64,000 bases of DNA from Nanobdellota archaeon (GTDB taxonomy: Archaea; Aenigmatarchaeota; Aenigmatarchaeia; QMZP01). Numbering within the stretch: the first letter of the stretch is position 1; each line of letters opens with the position of its first letter. The stretch is taken from NCBI GenBank assembly GCA_043814765.1, contig JBDRJQ010000028.1, positions 29,835 to 93,834 on the forward strand. The letters run 5' to 3'. A program made the translations under genes and the position numbers. Of the stretch, positions 1 to 8,966 are shown one piece after another. Below the pieces are notes generated by a model. That model ran no database searches and was not told the DNA's origin. It was given only the letters and a program-made list of their open reading frames with translations.

Positions 1-513
1 GCTGTCTCAACATTTGGCGTTTCAAAAGAGGTAATAGAAGAGTGGGGCAACATACTTGAAAGTAATAGTCTAATAGAAGTTCACTACCCCATAATAGGCG
101 AGCCAAGTTTGCAGGTTATAAGGGAAAAGAAAGAAAAATTAAAAAAAAGTGAAAAGAAAAAGGATGTCAAGATTAGGCTTCCAGAAAAAGCTCCCAAAGA
201 ATTAGAAAAACAAGAATCTATAAAACCAAAGAAAAAAAAATTCAATAAAAAAATTGGTGCAATTACAACTGCAATTATTGCCATATCTTTAGTTTTATTG
301 GCTCTATACTTTACGGGATACGGCACTTCATTATTCGAATCAATAAGTTACTTCATGAATATCTATTTGCCCCAGCTTGGAGAATATAGCATGCTTGCAA
401 AAACTTACCTACTTTTAATAGTAATCGTACCAATAATTATTATTATAACAGGGTTCTTAACCCTTAAAAAATACAACGTAAATATAAAATCTTTTCGATT
501 GGGTAGAAAATGA
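1..513 (+). CDS. hypothetical protein, 5'-truncated by window edge; Lys-rich linker followed by two predicted TM helices
   Basis: Frame 1 is open from position 1 with no stop and runs into ORF 109..513, which has no ATG and was called with a TTG start. Its stop overlaps the downstream ATPase start (ATGA). Confidence 0.4.
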   Translation, partial: AVSTFGVSKEVIEEWGNILESNSLIEVHYPIIGEPSLQVIREKKEKLKKSEKKKDVKIRLPEKAPKELEKQESIKPKKKKFNKKIGAITTAIIAISLVLLALYFTGYGTSLFESISYFMNIYLPQLGEYSMLAKTYLLLIVIVPIIIIITGFLTLKKYNVNIKSFRLGRK

Positions 514-2099
514 AAAGAACATTAGAAAAATACAGAATGGTAGTTGATGACATACCTGTTAACATTAGGATTTACGAAGACTCCGCCGAATTTGTTCCTA
601 TTTATGAAGTAACTTTTCCACAGCTAGAGGAAGCTACTACTGCTGCTCTTGAAAAGGTTAGAGAAAAACTGATAACAGAAATAATAATAGAGCCAAGTGA
701 AATTATAGATCCAAGAGAGTATAAGCAGCTAAGAGACAAATTCATAAAAAAAGCAGGCGAGTTGATAGAAAAGGAACTTCCAACAGTAGCGCCAAATGAG
801 AGAAAAATACTAATGGGAACGCTTCTGCATCATTCTCTGGGTTTAGGTTACATCGAAATGCTTCTTGACGATCAAAAACTCGAAGAAATTGTTATCAATA
901 GTTCTAAAGAACCGCTCTGGGTTTATCATATCAAACGTGGCTGGTTAAAAACCAATCTTTCTGTTGAATCAGAGGCGAAAATATACAACTACGCATCTTC
1001 CGTAGGAAGGAGAGTCGGTACGCAAATAACTAATCTTAATCCTTTAATGGATGCGTATCTTCCAAGCGGAGACAGGACCAATGCAACGCTTTTTCCAATA
1101 AGCTCTTCTGGTAACACAATGACTATTCGAAAGTTCGCCAGAAGACCATGGACTATTACAGATTTCATAGAGCTCAAAACAATAACATCAGAAGCAGCTG
1201 CTTTCCTATGGCTAGCTATTCAATACGAACTGAATATTCTTATCGCAGGTGGCACTGCATCTGGTAAGACGTCACTGCTTAACTCGCTTACATGCTTCAT
1301 ACCACCAAACCACAGAATTATTTCAATAGAGGACACAAGAGAGATACAGCTGCCAAAATACCTTCACTGGGTACCTCTCACAACAAGACCTCCTAATCCT
1401 GAAGGAAAAGGAGAGATAACAATGCTTAATTTGATGATAAACGCTCTGAGGATGAGGCCTGACAGAGTGATAGTAGGCGAGATGAGGAGAAGAAAGGAAG
1501 CTGAAGTTTTGTTCGAAGCTATACACACAGGCCATTCTGTGTACTCAACAGTGCACGCTAACACTGCTGAAGAAGCTTACAGACGTCTTGTTAATCCTCC
1601 TATAGGAATACCTCCAGCCATGTTAGGCGGTTTGCAGCTTATAGCTGTCATGCATAGAGACAGAAGAAAAAACATAAGAAGGGTGCTCCAGATATCCGAA
1701 TTATCCATGAGTGGTGAGGTTTCAGACACTAATATAGAGCTTAACACAGTTTTTCGCTGGGTCGCTTCTAATGATACTATTATGAAATTTGCAAAGTCTT
1801 ACAGAACCATGAATGATATAAAACTTTATACAGGCATGTCTGATACTGACATAAAAAATGATCTTGAAGATAAAAGATTCATTTTAAACTGGCTCGTTGA
1901 AAAACAGATAAAAGACATACATGAAGTTGGCAGAATTATTTCTGAATACTATATCAATCCAAGCAAGGTGCTGAAAAAAATTAAAAGCGGTGAAATGGAG
2001 TACAGCAAACAGGCTATTAAACCGCCACAACCAACAGAAAAACCAAAGATTAATTACCCATTAAAAGATAAAACAAAGCACATGACAGAACTTAAATAA
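510..2099 (+). CDS. type II/IV secretion-family ATPase, archaeal FlaI/PilB-like (type IV pilus/archaellum assembly)
   Basis: Walker A GGTASGKTSLLNSL, Walker B DRVIVGEMRR, His-box region HTGHSVYSTVHAN. Length of 529 aa is typical of FlaI/TadA-family ATPases. Confidence 0.8.
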   Translation: MKRTLEKYRMVVDDIPVNIRIYEDSAEFVPIYEVTFPQLEEATTAALEKVREKLITEIIIEPSEIIDPREYKQLRDKFIKKAGELIEKELPTVAPNERKILMGTLLHHSLGLGYIEMLLDDQKLEEIVINSSKEPLWVYHIKRGWLKTNLSVESEAKIYNYASSVGRRVGTQITNLNPLMDAYLPSGDRTNATLFPISSSGNTMTIRKFARRPWTITDFIELKTITSEAAAFLWLAIQYELNILIAGGTASGKTSLLNSLTCFIPPNHRIISIEDTREIQLPKYLHWVPLTTRPPNPEGKGEITMLNLMINALRMRPDRVIVGEMRRRKEAEVLFEAIHTGHSVYSTVHANTAEEAYRRLVNPPIGIPPAMLGGLQLIAVMHRDRRKNIRRVLQISELSMSGEVSDTNIELNTVFRWVASNDTIMKFAKSYRTMNDIKLYTGMSDTDIKNDLEDKRFILNWLVEKQIKDIHEVGRIISEYYINPSKVLKKIKSGEMEYSKQAIKPPQPTEKPKINYPLKDKTKHMTELK

Positions 2100-2158
2100 T
2101 AAACAGTTATAAAGCAACCATTTATTACAAGATAATAGAATATTTATAGAGTAATATT

Positions 2159-2443
2159 ATGGCCGAAGATCAACCAATTAGGGTAAGACTTCCTAGGGGC
2201 AAGGAAGTAATGGGATTTGTTGAGGAATTCTTAGGTGCAAGCAGATTTAAAGTTAGATGCAAAGACGGTCACACAAGAATGTGCAGGATACCTGGAAAGT
2301 TCAGGAAGCGCTTCAGAATGACTGTCGGTGATATTGTTATAATTGAACCGTGGGACGTCCAGCCAGAGGAAAAAGGAGATGTTGTATGGATATACAACAA
2401 GACACAAATGTTTTGGCTAAGAAAACATGGTCACGGGGAATAA
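2159..2443 (+). CDS. eif1a: translation initiation factor aIF-1A
   Basis: 94 aa with S1-like OB fold. VRLPRGKEVMGFVEEFLGASRFKVRCKDGHTRMCRIPGKFRKR...GDIVIIEPWD matches the eIF-1A family. Confidence 0.85.
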   Translation: MAEDQPIRVRLPRGKEVMGFVEEFLGASRFKVRCKDGHTRMCRIPGKFRKRFRMTVGDIVIIEPWDVQPEEKGDVVWIYNKTQMFWLRKHGHGE

Positions 2444-2480
2444 ACGGAGGACTGACAATTTAATATTGTCTTAATTTTTT

Positions 2481-2969
2481 ATGGCAGAAGTTGTTTTGAT
2501 TCCCAATGATAGAAGACCTATTTTAATAGGAAAAAACGGCTCTATTAAGAAAAGAATAGAGAAGCTGACTAATACAAAGATAACAGTAAGAGAAGATGTA
2601 GAGATAGAAGGAGATATTTTTGATGTTGCAAAGGCAAAGGATATAATCACTGCAATTGCGAGAGGATTCTCACCTGAACGCGCTTTTATTTTACTGAATG
2701 AAAATTTTGAGCTAAAAATTATCACATTAAAAGGCCAGACAGATAAGACAATAAAACGTTTGATGGCTCGTGTTATAGGCCGTAAAGGATCAACCAGAAG
2801 AATAATAGAGCTTGAAACCGGTGCAAAGATATCCATTTATGGCAAGACTGTTTCTATAATAGGCGAACTAAAAAAATTGGAAGCTGCTCAGGAAGCGGTT
2901 GAAGCCATCCTGGCAGGCAGAAAACACGGTACTGCCTACAAGAGAATGCTGAGAAAAGTTAAGGATTAA
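2481..2969 (+). CDS. KH-domain RNA-binding protein (Dim2/Pno1-like)
   Basis: Two KH-like GxxG motifs (IGKNGSIKKRIEKL; IGRKGSTRRIIELETG). Lies next to eIF-1A, as in the conserved archaeal eIF1A/KH neighbourhood. Confidence 0.65.
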   Translation: MAEVVLIPNDRRPILIGKNGSIKKRIEKLTNTKITVREDVEIEGDIFDVAKAKDIITAIARGFSPERAFILLNENFELKIITLKGQTDKTIKRLMARVIGRKGSTRRIIELETGAKISIYGKTVSIIGELKKLEAAQEAVEAILAGRKHGTAYKRMLRKVKD

Positions 2970-4060
2970 GCTCTTAGTGTTAATTCGCTTATAGATTCTT
3001 CCTTGTTTATTTTATCTATTGCTTTTGCTATAAGCGGTTCAACAGGAATCTCTTCAAGCCAGTCAAAAGTTTTTCCATGTCGAATAGCATTTGAAGCAAA
3101 TACTCCACTCAAGAAACCATCTTCATACAATTCTCCCAAAAGCTCTTCTGCCCTTCCGGTTAACTGTGCATATGTGCATAAACATTGCATGCTTCTTGCT
3201 CCTCTATCACGGCACTCCTTTCCTAATGCTACTATAGTTGATCCGCTGCCTATAATATCATCAACAGCAAGAACATCCCTGCCTTCAACATTTCCTATAA
3301 GCTCTATACTGTCAACTAAATTCTCTTCTTTATGCACACGTTCTTTGTCTCCTATAACAGTTGGCAATGACATTATAGGTTTACCTGGTTTTGGTTGACC
3401 GTATACTAATAAACCAAGACGTGCTGCATATGCTCTTGCTCTTCCAGCTCCTCCTGGATCTGGCGACAATAAAGAAGTGTTTTCAGTAACTAATTCAGGA
3501 TGATTATCTTTAATATAATCTACAGCTACTGGTCTAAAACTCAGGTCTTCAAAACCCATACCAGAATCTGCATAGCCTCGAATCTGTCTGGCATGAAGAC
3601 TCAAAGTCATTATATAGTTTGCTCCTGCTGTTTTCAAAAACTTAGGCACTAGAGAAGCTGTTATGCCTTCTCTCTGATGTTTTTCATCAGGACTCTGTAT
3701 CTTAAATTGAGCGTCTTGCCTTTGATAAGGAAATGGCAACACAACAGCAGTTATGCTTCCTGCTATTGCTCTTGATGCAGCATCAATTGCTGTAAGCATA
3801 TACATGAAGTTGTCATTAACAGTGTAGTATTCATTACCAGCAAATGATTTTACTCTTTTATTTTCAAGATTTTGAAAGCACTGAATGACATAAACATCTC
3901 TGCCTCTGACATTTTCACCTATTACGCATCGGCCTTCAGAATCTTCAAAATCCCTATCTTCTGCATCTATAAGATGTATTCCAAGCTCTCCTGCGACACC
4001 TTCTGCAAAATATCTTCCAGAATTGTTTGCTATTAAAGCAATTTCTCCTCTATATGACAT
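2966..4060 (-). CDS. prs: ribose-phosphate pyrophosphokinase (PRPP synthetase), longer than typical
   Basis: GRDVYVIQ, LSLHARQIRGY, SPDPGGAGRA and the PRPP-binding loop VDDIIGSGSTIVALGKECRDRGA. Confidence 0.6.
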   Translation of the reverse strand: MSYRGEIALIANNSGRYFAEGVAGELGIHLIDAEDRDFEDSEGRCVIGENVRGRDVYVIQCFQNLENKRVKSFAGNEYYTVNDNFMYMLTAIDAASRAIAGSITAVVLPFPYQRQDAQFKIQSPDEKHQREGITASLVPKFLKTAGANYIMTLSLHARQIRGYADSGMGFEDLSFRPVAVDYIKDNHPELVTENTSLLSPDPGGAGRARAYAARLGLLVYGQPKPGKPIMSLPTVIGDKERVHKEENLVDSIELIGNVEGRDVLAVDDIIGSGSTIVALGKECRDRGARSMQCLCTYAQLTGRAEELLGELYEDGFLSGVFASNAIRHGKTFDWLEEIPVEPLIAKAIDKINKEESISELTLRA

Positions 4061-4125
4061 ATCCAGATATTAGTGAACAAGCTTTTTATTGGTATTCAAT
4101 ACAGTGAATATTTAGAATATAGTAA

Positions 4126-4353
4126 CTATTCCTTTTTCTTATCCAATTCTGTGTAACCGCATTTGCCACAATAAGTCCTGTTCTTATGCTGTGATAACCA
4201 TGTTCCAGCTCCACATCGTGGACATGATCTCCTCTTTTTGTTAACAGATGATCCTTGCACTTCATAATAAGTGTTAGGTTTAAGTGATTCGTGTTTTCTG
4301 CCTTTTCTCTGCTTCTTGCCCTTTCTTACAGCTTTTTTTTGTTTTTTACCCAT
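4126..4353 (-). CDS. rps27ae: ribosomal protein S27ae (eS31), C4 zinc ribbon
   Basis: 75 aa, Lys-rich N-terminus, CPRCGAGTW...CGKCGYT zinc ribbon. Adjacent to S24e, as in the conserved archaeal rps24e-rps27ae pair. Confidence 0.8.
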   Translation of the reverse strand: MGKKQKKAVRKGKKQRKGRKHESLKPNTYYEVQGSSVNKKRRSCPRCGAGTWLSQHKNRTYCGKCGYTELDKKKE

Positions 4354-4447
4354 ATATCTAATTACCTGTCCACTCTATTAACATCACAAAGGCGACCATA
4401 TTCAAACAATATTAGCCGTCAACTATTATAACGCGCTATTAGCATTA

Positions 4448-4780
4448 TTAATGCTTTTTATCCTTCTTTTTTGTTTTTGGAGTACTTAAACTTTTCTCTC
4501 TCAGGCCTGCTTCCTTTACTTTTTCAATTGAATAGCCTTTCTTTTCTTCACTTATTTTCATTGGTTTTTTGAAAAAATAGTAAATAATAGCTCCCAGCAT
4601 CATAGCTGCATAGATTATTGCCCATATCACTAGGAAGGCAAATATCAATGCTAGAATCCCTATTGCAAACAAGAGTATGATAGGCCAGAAGAGAAAAAAT
4701 ATTACACCTGTTATCGCTAAAGCTATTATGCCAAACAAGAAAAGTCCTGTTAGTTTGAATATGTATTTTTTTTCTGGCAT
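4448..4780 (-). CDS. small membrane protein (2-3 TM helices)
   Basis: Hydrophobic 110-aa ORF. Start overlaps the stop of the upstream AIM24-like gene. Confidence 0.4.
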   Translation of the reverse strand: MPEKKYIFKLTGLFLFGIIALAITGVIFFLFWPIILLFAIGILALIFAFLVIWAIIYAAMMLGAIIYYFFKKPMKISEEKKGYSIEKVKEAGLREKSLSTPKTKKKDKKH

Positions 4781-5520
4781 TATCTTCTGCCTCCCATCAT
4801 TGAACCGATTATAGCGCCTGCAGCGACTCCTCCGGCTGCACCGCCTGTTTTTGGCAAGTATTCTGCCAATTTACCTGCTAGCTCATTAACTGGCATGCTC
4901 TGAACCCATACGCGCCCAGGACCTGTTATAGTGGCAAGGAATAATCCTTCTCCTCCCCATATTATGTTTTTAACGCCTTTTACGCGCTCTACATCATAAT
5001 CCATGCCTTCATCAAACATGGCCAAATTGCCTGTGTCAACCCTTATTTTTTGTCCAGCTTTTAGCTTCATCTCTGTAACTTCTCCGCCAACATTAAAGAA
5101 GACTTGTCCAGGACCTTTTATTTTAACCAATATAAGCCCCTCTCCACCGAGTAACCCAGCTCCTATTCTCTTTGTGAATGTCGCATCAAAAGTAACGCTT
5201 TCCTCTGAACATAAGAAGGCATCCTTTTGGGCTATTATGGTTTCACCATTCTTCATTTTCATTGGTATTATTTTACCAGGAAACTCAGTGCCAAATCCCA
5301 TTGTGCCAGGACCTGCTTGCGGTGTGAAATGAACAAGAAAGAAAGACTCTCCTGCAAACTTTCTTTTCAGGCCTGCGAAAAGTCCGCCTTTGGCTTTGGT
5401 CTCCATTTTAACATTATCTGACATATAGACGAGTCTTCCAGACTCAGAAACAATAGTTTCATTTTGTGCAAGTTCCACATTCAGCATCTGCATTGTGGTG
5501 CCCTGCAAATCGTATTTCAT
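4780..5520 (-). CDS. AIM24/TIGR00266-family (DUF124) protein
   Basis: Length and the Gly-rich beta-strand pattern (GESFFLVHFT...GFGTEFPGKIIPM...GEGLFLATITGPGRVWVQ) are typical of the AIM24 family. Confidence 0.5.
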   Translation of the reverse strand: MKYDLQGTTMQMLNVELAQNETIVSESGRLVYMSDNVKMETKAKGGLFAGLKRKFAGESFFLVHFTPQAGPGTMGFGTEFPGKIIPMKMKNGETIIAQKDAFLCSEESVTFDATFTKRIGAGLLGGEGLILVKIKGPGQVFFNVGGEVTEMKLKAGQKIRVDTGNLAMFDEGMDYDVERVKGVKNIIWGGEGLFLATITGPGRVWVQSMPVNELAGKLAEYLPKTGGAAGGVAAGAIIGSMMGGRR

Positions 5521-5523
5521 TTG

Positions 5524-6030
5524 CTATCCACCTTCTTCTTTAGGAATTTCAGCTGGTTTTTCTTCTTTGGGTTGAACCTTTTCTAAAGGTTCATTTTCTA
5601 AATGCTGCTTTGGAGCAACTTCAGGTTTTGCCTTGCCCTTGCTTGTGCGTTTTTCTAGCTTATCAAGCTTGAATTTAGGTATGTCTTTTTTGTCTTTGTA
5701 AACAAGAACCCTAACCTTTGATTCTGCTCTGCCACGATCAGAAAATATCTTCTCTATAAGAATTACATCTTCGTTTATTTTCAAAACCTTTACTATTTCT
5801 TTGGTTAAATTAACACGTGTAGGTGTGGACTGTGAATTATGAGCAACTTGAATGATAAATTCTGTCCTCTTCATTAAAGGATTTTTTCTTTCAGAGACTA
5901 TATCAAGTTTGTAACCTAATTTTGGTCTTGGTTTTTCTTTTTTTACTTCTGCCTTTTCTATCTTAGGAGCCTCTTCAGTAGGTTTTTCCTCTTCAGGTGC
6001 TTTCTCTACTTTGGGTTTATCGTCTGGCAT
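5524..6030 (-). CDS. rps24e: ribosomal protein S24e with Lys/Glu/Pro-rich N- and C-terminal extensions
   Basis: Core LDIVSERKNPLMKRTEFIIQVAHNSQSTPTRVNLTKEIVKVL...FSDRGRAESKVRVLVYKD matches eS24. About 35 aa of N-terminal and 45 aa of C-terminal charged low-complexity extension. Confidence 0.65.
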   Translation of the reverse strand: MPDDKPKVEKAPEEEKPTEEAPKIEKAEVKKEKPRPKLGYKLDIVSERKNPLMKRTEFIIQVAHNSQSTPTRVNLTKEIVKVLKINEDVILIEKIFSDRGRAESKVRVLVYKDKKDIPKFKLDKLEKRTSKGKAKPEVAPKQHLENEPLEKVQPKEEKPAEIPKEEGG

Positions 6031-6072
6031 AACAAGAATATTGTATAGTGGGTTTTTAAAGGTTAAATTGAT

Positions 6073-7122
6073 CTATTTTCCCTTTACAATTTTTCTCACA
6101 GGCCATGATATTTCTATCTTTTCCTTATCGAAGCGTTTTTTCAGGGCCTTTATGAATTCGTGCGTAATTAGGTATTTCTTTGTGAATTCTTCTACTCGCA
6201 GAATTACAGAAAAATCTATATTAGAATCTCCAAAATTATTGAATCTTACCATAGGTTCATGGTCTTTTACAGCTCCATCAACTGTTTTTTGCATTTCATT
6301 AGCAACTTCCAAAGTTACTTTCTCTACCTTGTAAAGATCTTCAGTATAAGCAACGCCACATTTTATTATTACAGATGTTGGTTTTGAAGGTAGTGTATTG
6401 TTTATTATTGTACTGTCTGCAAGCTTACCGTTCGGGACTATTATGGAAACATTGCCCATTGTTCTGATTCTGGTGGATCTCCATCCTATCTCTTCAACAA
6501 ATCCCTTTGTGTTAGCATCAAGTTCAATGTAGTCTCCTACATTTATTGGCCTGTCAGACACTATGTGAATGCCTGCAAAGAAGTTTGACAACGTATCCTG
6601 GAGAGCCAAACCAATTGCTATGCCACCAACACCAAGTGCTGCTATTGCTCCTGTGAGATCTGCTCCAAAACGGCCCATTATAACAAACAATGCAACTATG
6701 TAAATTATTAAAATAATCACCTTGTTTAGGATGTTTGGGGTGTTCTGAACTCCTGTCTTTACATGAAGCCCTTTACCTACAAATATTCTTACTATCCTTG
6801 ATACAACTAGAGCAATCAAAAGAATGTAAATTATGTAAAAACTATCAGATATTAATTGCTGGTATGATGAGAAAATACTCAAAATTCCAAGACCCATTTG
6901 AAAACCAAACAGTGTTATAGATATTAATATTGGCTTTCTAACTGCAGCTATTATCTTGTCATCTATGTCTGTTTTGGTTTTTCCTGTGAGCTTGCTTAGT
7001 GTTCTAATAACAGCAAACTGAACTATCTTAGAACCGATAATTGCTGCTATTAAAATTATAATAAAAGTTAGATACTCTTGACCTATCATGGTTTGTAGGT
7101 CTCCTAAGAATTCAAACACCAT
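6073..7122 (-). CDS. small-conductance mechanosensitive channel (MscS family)
   Basis: TM helices followed by the MscS beta-domain signature GIAIGLALQDTLSNFFAGIHIVSDRPINVGDYIELD. Confidence 0.8.
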   Translation of the reverse strand: MVFEFLGDLQTMIGQEYLTFIIILIAAIIGSKIVQFAVIRTLSKLTGKTKTDIDDKIIAAVRKPILISITLFGFQMGLGILSIFSSYQQLISDSFYIIYILLIALVVSRIVRIFVGKGLHVKTGVQNTPNILNKVIILIIYIVALFVIMGRFGADLTGAIAALGVGGIAIGLALQDTLSNFFAGIHIVSDRPINVGDYIELDANTKGFVEEIGWRSTRIRTMGNVSIIVPNGKLADSTIINNTLPSKPTSVIIKCGVAYTEDLYKVEKVTLEVANEMQKTVDGAVKDHEPMVRFNNFGDSNIDFSVILRVEEFTKKYLITHEFIKALKKRFDKEKIEISWPVRKIVKGK

Positions 7123-7126
7123 AATA

Positions 7127-7318
7127 TCACTTCACCCAAATGGAGTATTTTCCTTTATGGGTTATGCCAAGATATTGTGCAACTTCAGAGTTAGCAGGAT
7201 CCTTTATGAAAATTATACCTTTCCAGCTTCTGGAAAAGTTTGCCTGATTGCATGTAGGGCATACAGTACCCTTAACAAATCTTTTGCAGTTTCTGCAAAC
7301 CTTTTCTTTTGTGCTCAT
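7127..7318 (-). CDS. spt4: transcription elongation factor Spt4 (RpoE2)
   Basis: 63 aa, zinc ribbon CRNCKRF...CPTC followed by W-G-IIFIKDP...LGI. Immediately downstream of rpoE, as in archaea. Confidence 0.7.
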   Translation of the reverse strand: MSTKEKVCRNCKRFVKGTVCPTCNQANFSRSWKGIIFIKDPANSEVAQYLGITHKGKYSIWVK

Positions 7319-7319
7319 A

Positions 7320-7934
7320 TTATTTATCCCCTAACTTTCTTTCAGATTTTCGTCCGCTCTTCATTCTTACTGTTTTTTCTTCATGAACTGTTTTTCTGTC
7401 CTTCCAATCAATTCCTCCAAGTCCCTGTTGCCTTGTTGTTAAACCAATCTTGTATTCCTTTCCTGTACTGGAAACTGATATGATTCTGGCTGTTACAGAA
7501 TCCCCTTCTTTTAGTATGTTGTGTGTGTCTCTTCCGATAAAAACAGCTTTTTTTGGATCATATGAAACAAAATCATCCATTAGTTGTGATACGTGTATCA
7601 TGCCGTCAAGAGGTCCTATTCTGACAAAAACACCGAATTCTGTTACATCTATTACAAAACCCTTTACTATTTCATGCATGTCTGGTTCGTAAGACAGTAA
7701 CCTGAAATCCACTGGATAGTGTATTGCTCCGTCTCCTGCTAGTATCTTTCCTTCACCAACCTCTTTTATTGATACTATGGATAATGCTACGCCAATATCC
7801 TTTTCTATTGTGCCTTCCCACTTGTCTTCAAGGCTGCTCTTTACAGCGTTTTCTAAACCAAGGCTAAACTTTACAGGCGGTACCCTGACTTTGTCCTTTA
7901 TAGTTAATATCTTGTACATACAATAAAACCTCAT
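7320..7934 (-). CDS. rpoE: DNA-directed RNA polymerase subunit E' (Rpo7/RpoE) with S1 domain
   Basis: N-terminal Rpb7-like domain plus S1 domain (GFVIDVTEFGVFVRIGPLDGMIHVSQL). rpoE-spt4 gene order. Confidence 0.75.
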   Translation of the reverse strand: MRFYCMYKILTIKDKVRVPPVKFSLGLENAVKSSLEDKWEGTIEKDIGVALSIVSIKEVGEGKILAGDGAIHYPVDFRLLSYEPDMHEIVKGFVIDVTEFGVFVRIGPLDGMIHVSQLMDDFVSYDPKKAVFIGRDTHNILKEGDSVTARIISVSSTGKEYKIGLTTRQQGLGGIDWKDRKTVHEEKTVRMKSGRKSERKLGDK

Positions 7935-8049
7935 CTCTTTATTCTTATAGCTTCTATATAAAGCTATAAAAATTAATATATATAATTTGCTTTATGATAC
8001 TTATAAAATCGCTGTATGATGCTCATTATAAGGCTATGGGGGGGATACT

Positions 8050-8286
8050 ATGGAAGTAACTGTTTATTCAACACAAACCTGTCCGTACTGTCATATGGTC
8101 AAGGATTTCTTGAAAAAACACAACATAAAATTTAATGACGTTGATGTTTCTCAGGATCAGGAAAAAGCAAAAGAAATGATAGAGAAATCTGGTCAAATGG
8201 GAGTACCTGTAACAGAAATTAATGGTAAGATAATAATAGGTTTTAACCAGGATGCACTTAAAGAGGCACTAGGGATCAAAGATTAA
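8050..8286 (+). CDS. glutaredoxin-like protein
   Basis: 78 aa, CPYC active site (TCPYCHMVKDFL), thioredoxin-fold length. GGGGGAT ribosome-binding site upstream. Confidence 0.7.
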   Translation: MEVTVYSTQTCPYCHMVKDFLKKHNIKFNDVDVSQDQEKAKEMIEKSGQMGVPVTEINGKIIIGFNQDALKEALGIKD

Positions 8287-8390
8287 CTTTATAAACTCTC
8301 TAATGCTAAATACAGAAATAACATAGAGAAATAAACCATATTGATAATGAATTTCTTTATGTTGTTAATAAAATAGGAGATAAGAAAAAT

Positions 8391-8561
8391 ATGAGAGATG
8401 GAGACAGAGATAGACGTGGTGAACGAAATTTCGGTGGACCAAGAGAAATGCATAAAGCCACTTGTTCCGAATGCGGAAAGGAATGCGAAGTTCCTTTTAA
8501 GCCAGTAGAAGGAAGACCCGTTTTTTGCAGAGAATGTTTTGCTAAGAAAAGAGGACATTAA
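8391..8561 (+). CDS. small CxxC...CxxC zinc-ribbon protein (56 aa, zf-trcl-like); below the ORF-track length cutoff
   Basis: Own translation gives MRDGDRDRRGERNFGGPREMHKATCSECGKECEVPFKPVEGRPVFCRECFAKKRGH. AGGAGA ribosome-binding site 8 nt upstream. The competing ORF 8289..8558(-) is low-complexity antisense. Confidence 0.5.
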   Translation: MRDGDRDRRGERNFGGPREMHKATCSECGKECEVPFKPVEGRPVFCRECFAKKRGH

Positions 8562-8704
8562 TTTTAAAGACTTACTTTGATTAGTAAATTTTTATTAAAT
8601 ATTTAGTCCTTAGAAGCATTGAGGCAATCTCTTGTAAGACTTCAATTATTTATTTTTTAAACAAAAACAGGCCTAGCGATAATGAAATATATAAAAATAA
8701 ATAA

Positions 8705-8745
8705 GGGAACAAAAAATGGTTCCCAATTATTTTTTCTTTGATTTT
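8705..8745. terminator. hairpin GGGAAC-N8-GTTCCC flanked by T-runs on both strands (bidirectional terminator candidate)
   Basis: Perfect 6-bp stem at 8705..8724. TTTTTTCTTTGATTTTTTTT downstream on the + strand, and a T-rich run downstream on the - strand after the stop of the 8727..8966 gene. Confidence 0.4.
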
Positions 8746-8966
8746 TTTTCACAGTATTTGCATTTTACACCAGTCCATGTTACAGCCAATATGACGATTG
8801 CAAGTATAGCCATAATCCACTGAACTGCTGCCGCACCAACCAAATCTGGTAAGAACGTAAATACAAGAATCAATACTGCGATTATTGTTAATATCCAATT
8901 AGCGCATGTCATAACAATTACTGGTAAAGGATTAATAAAAAGAAAAGCCTCGGGAGGGATTGTCAT
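8727..8966 (-). CDS. small membrane protein; annotated start overlaps the tRNA 3' end, so internal Met (MTCANW...) is the likelier start
   Basis: Two TM helices and a C-terminal CKYC. First 20 codons overlap tRNA 8946..9139. Confidence 0.35.
   Translation of the reverse strand: MTIPPEAFLFINPLPVIVMTCANWILTIIAVLILVFTFLPDLVGAAAVQWIMAILAIVILAVTWTGVKCKYCEKKSKKK

Noticed and set aside
84-326. 80-aa minus-strand ORF
   Set aside because: Lies entirely antisense within the longer + strand frame that is open from position 1 to 513. Low-complexity Phe/Ser-rich translation typical of an AT-rich shadow ORF.
510-2099. Complete archaellum (fla) operon
   Set aside because: Only the FlaI-like ATPase is present. 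No FlaH, FlaJ or flagellin genes are adjacent, so the feature is called a generic type IV pilus/archaellum-family ATPase.
3003-3398. 131-aa + strand ORF inside the prs gene
   Set aside because: Antisense shadow of a gene with clear PRPP-synthetase motifs. Ser/Pro-rich nonsense composition.
8289-8558. 89-aa minus-strand ORF
   Set aside because: Antisense to a well-formed zinc-ribbon ORF that has a ribosome-binding site. Its translation is low-complexity, and the region downstream on the minus strand is a promoter-like AT tract rather than a gene start.
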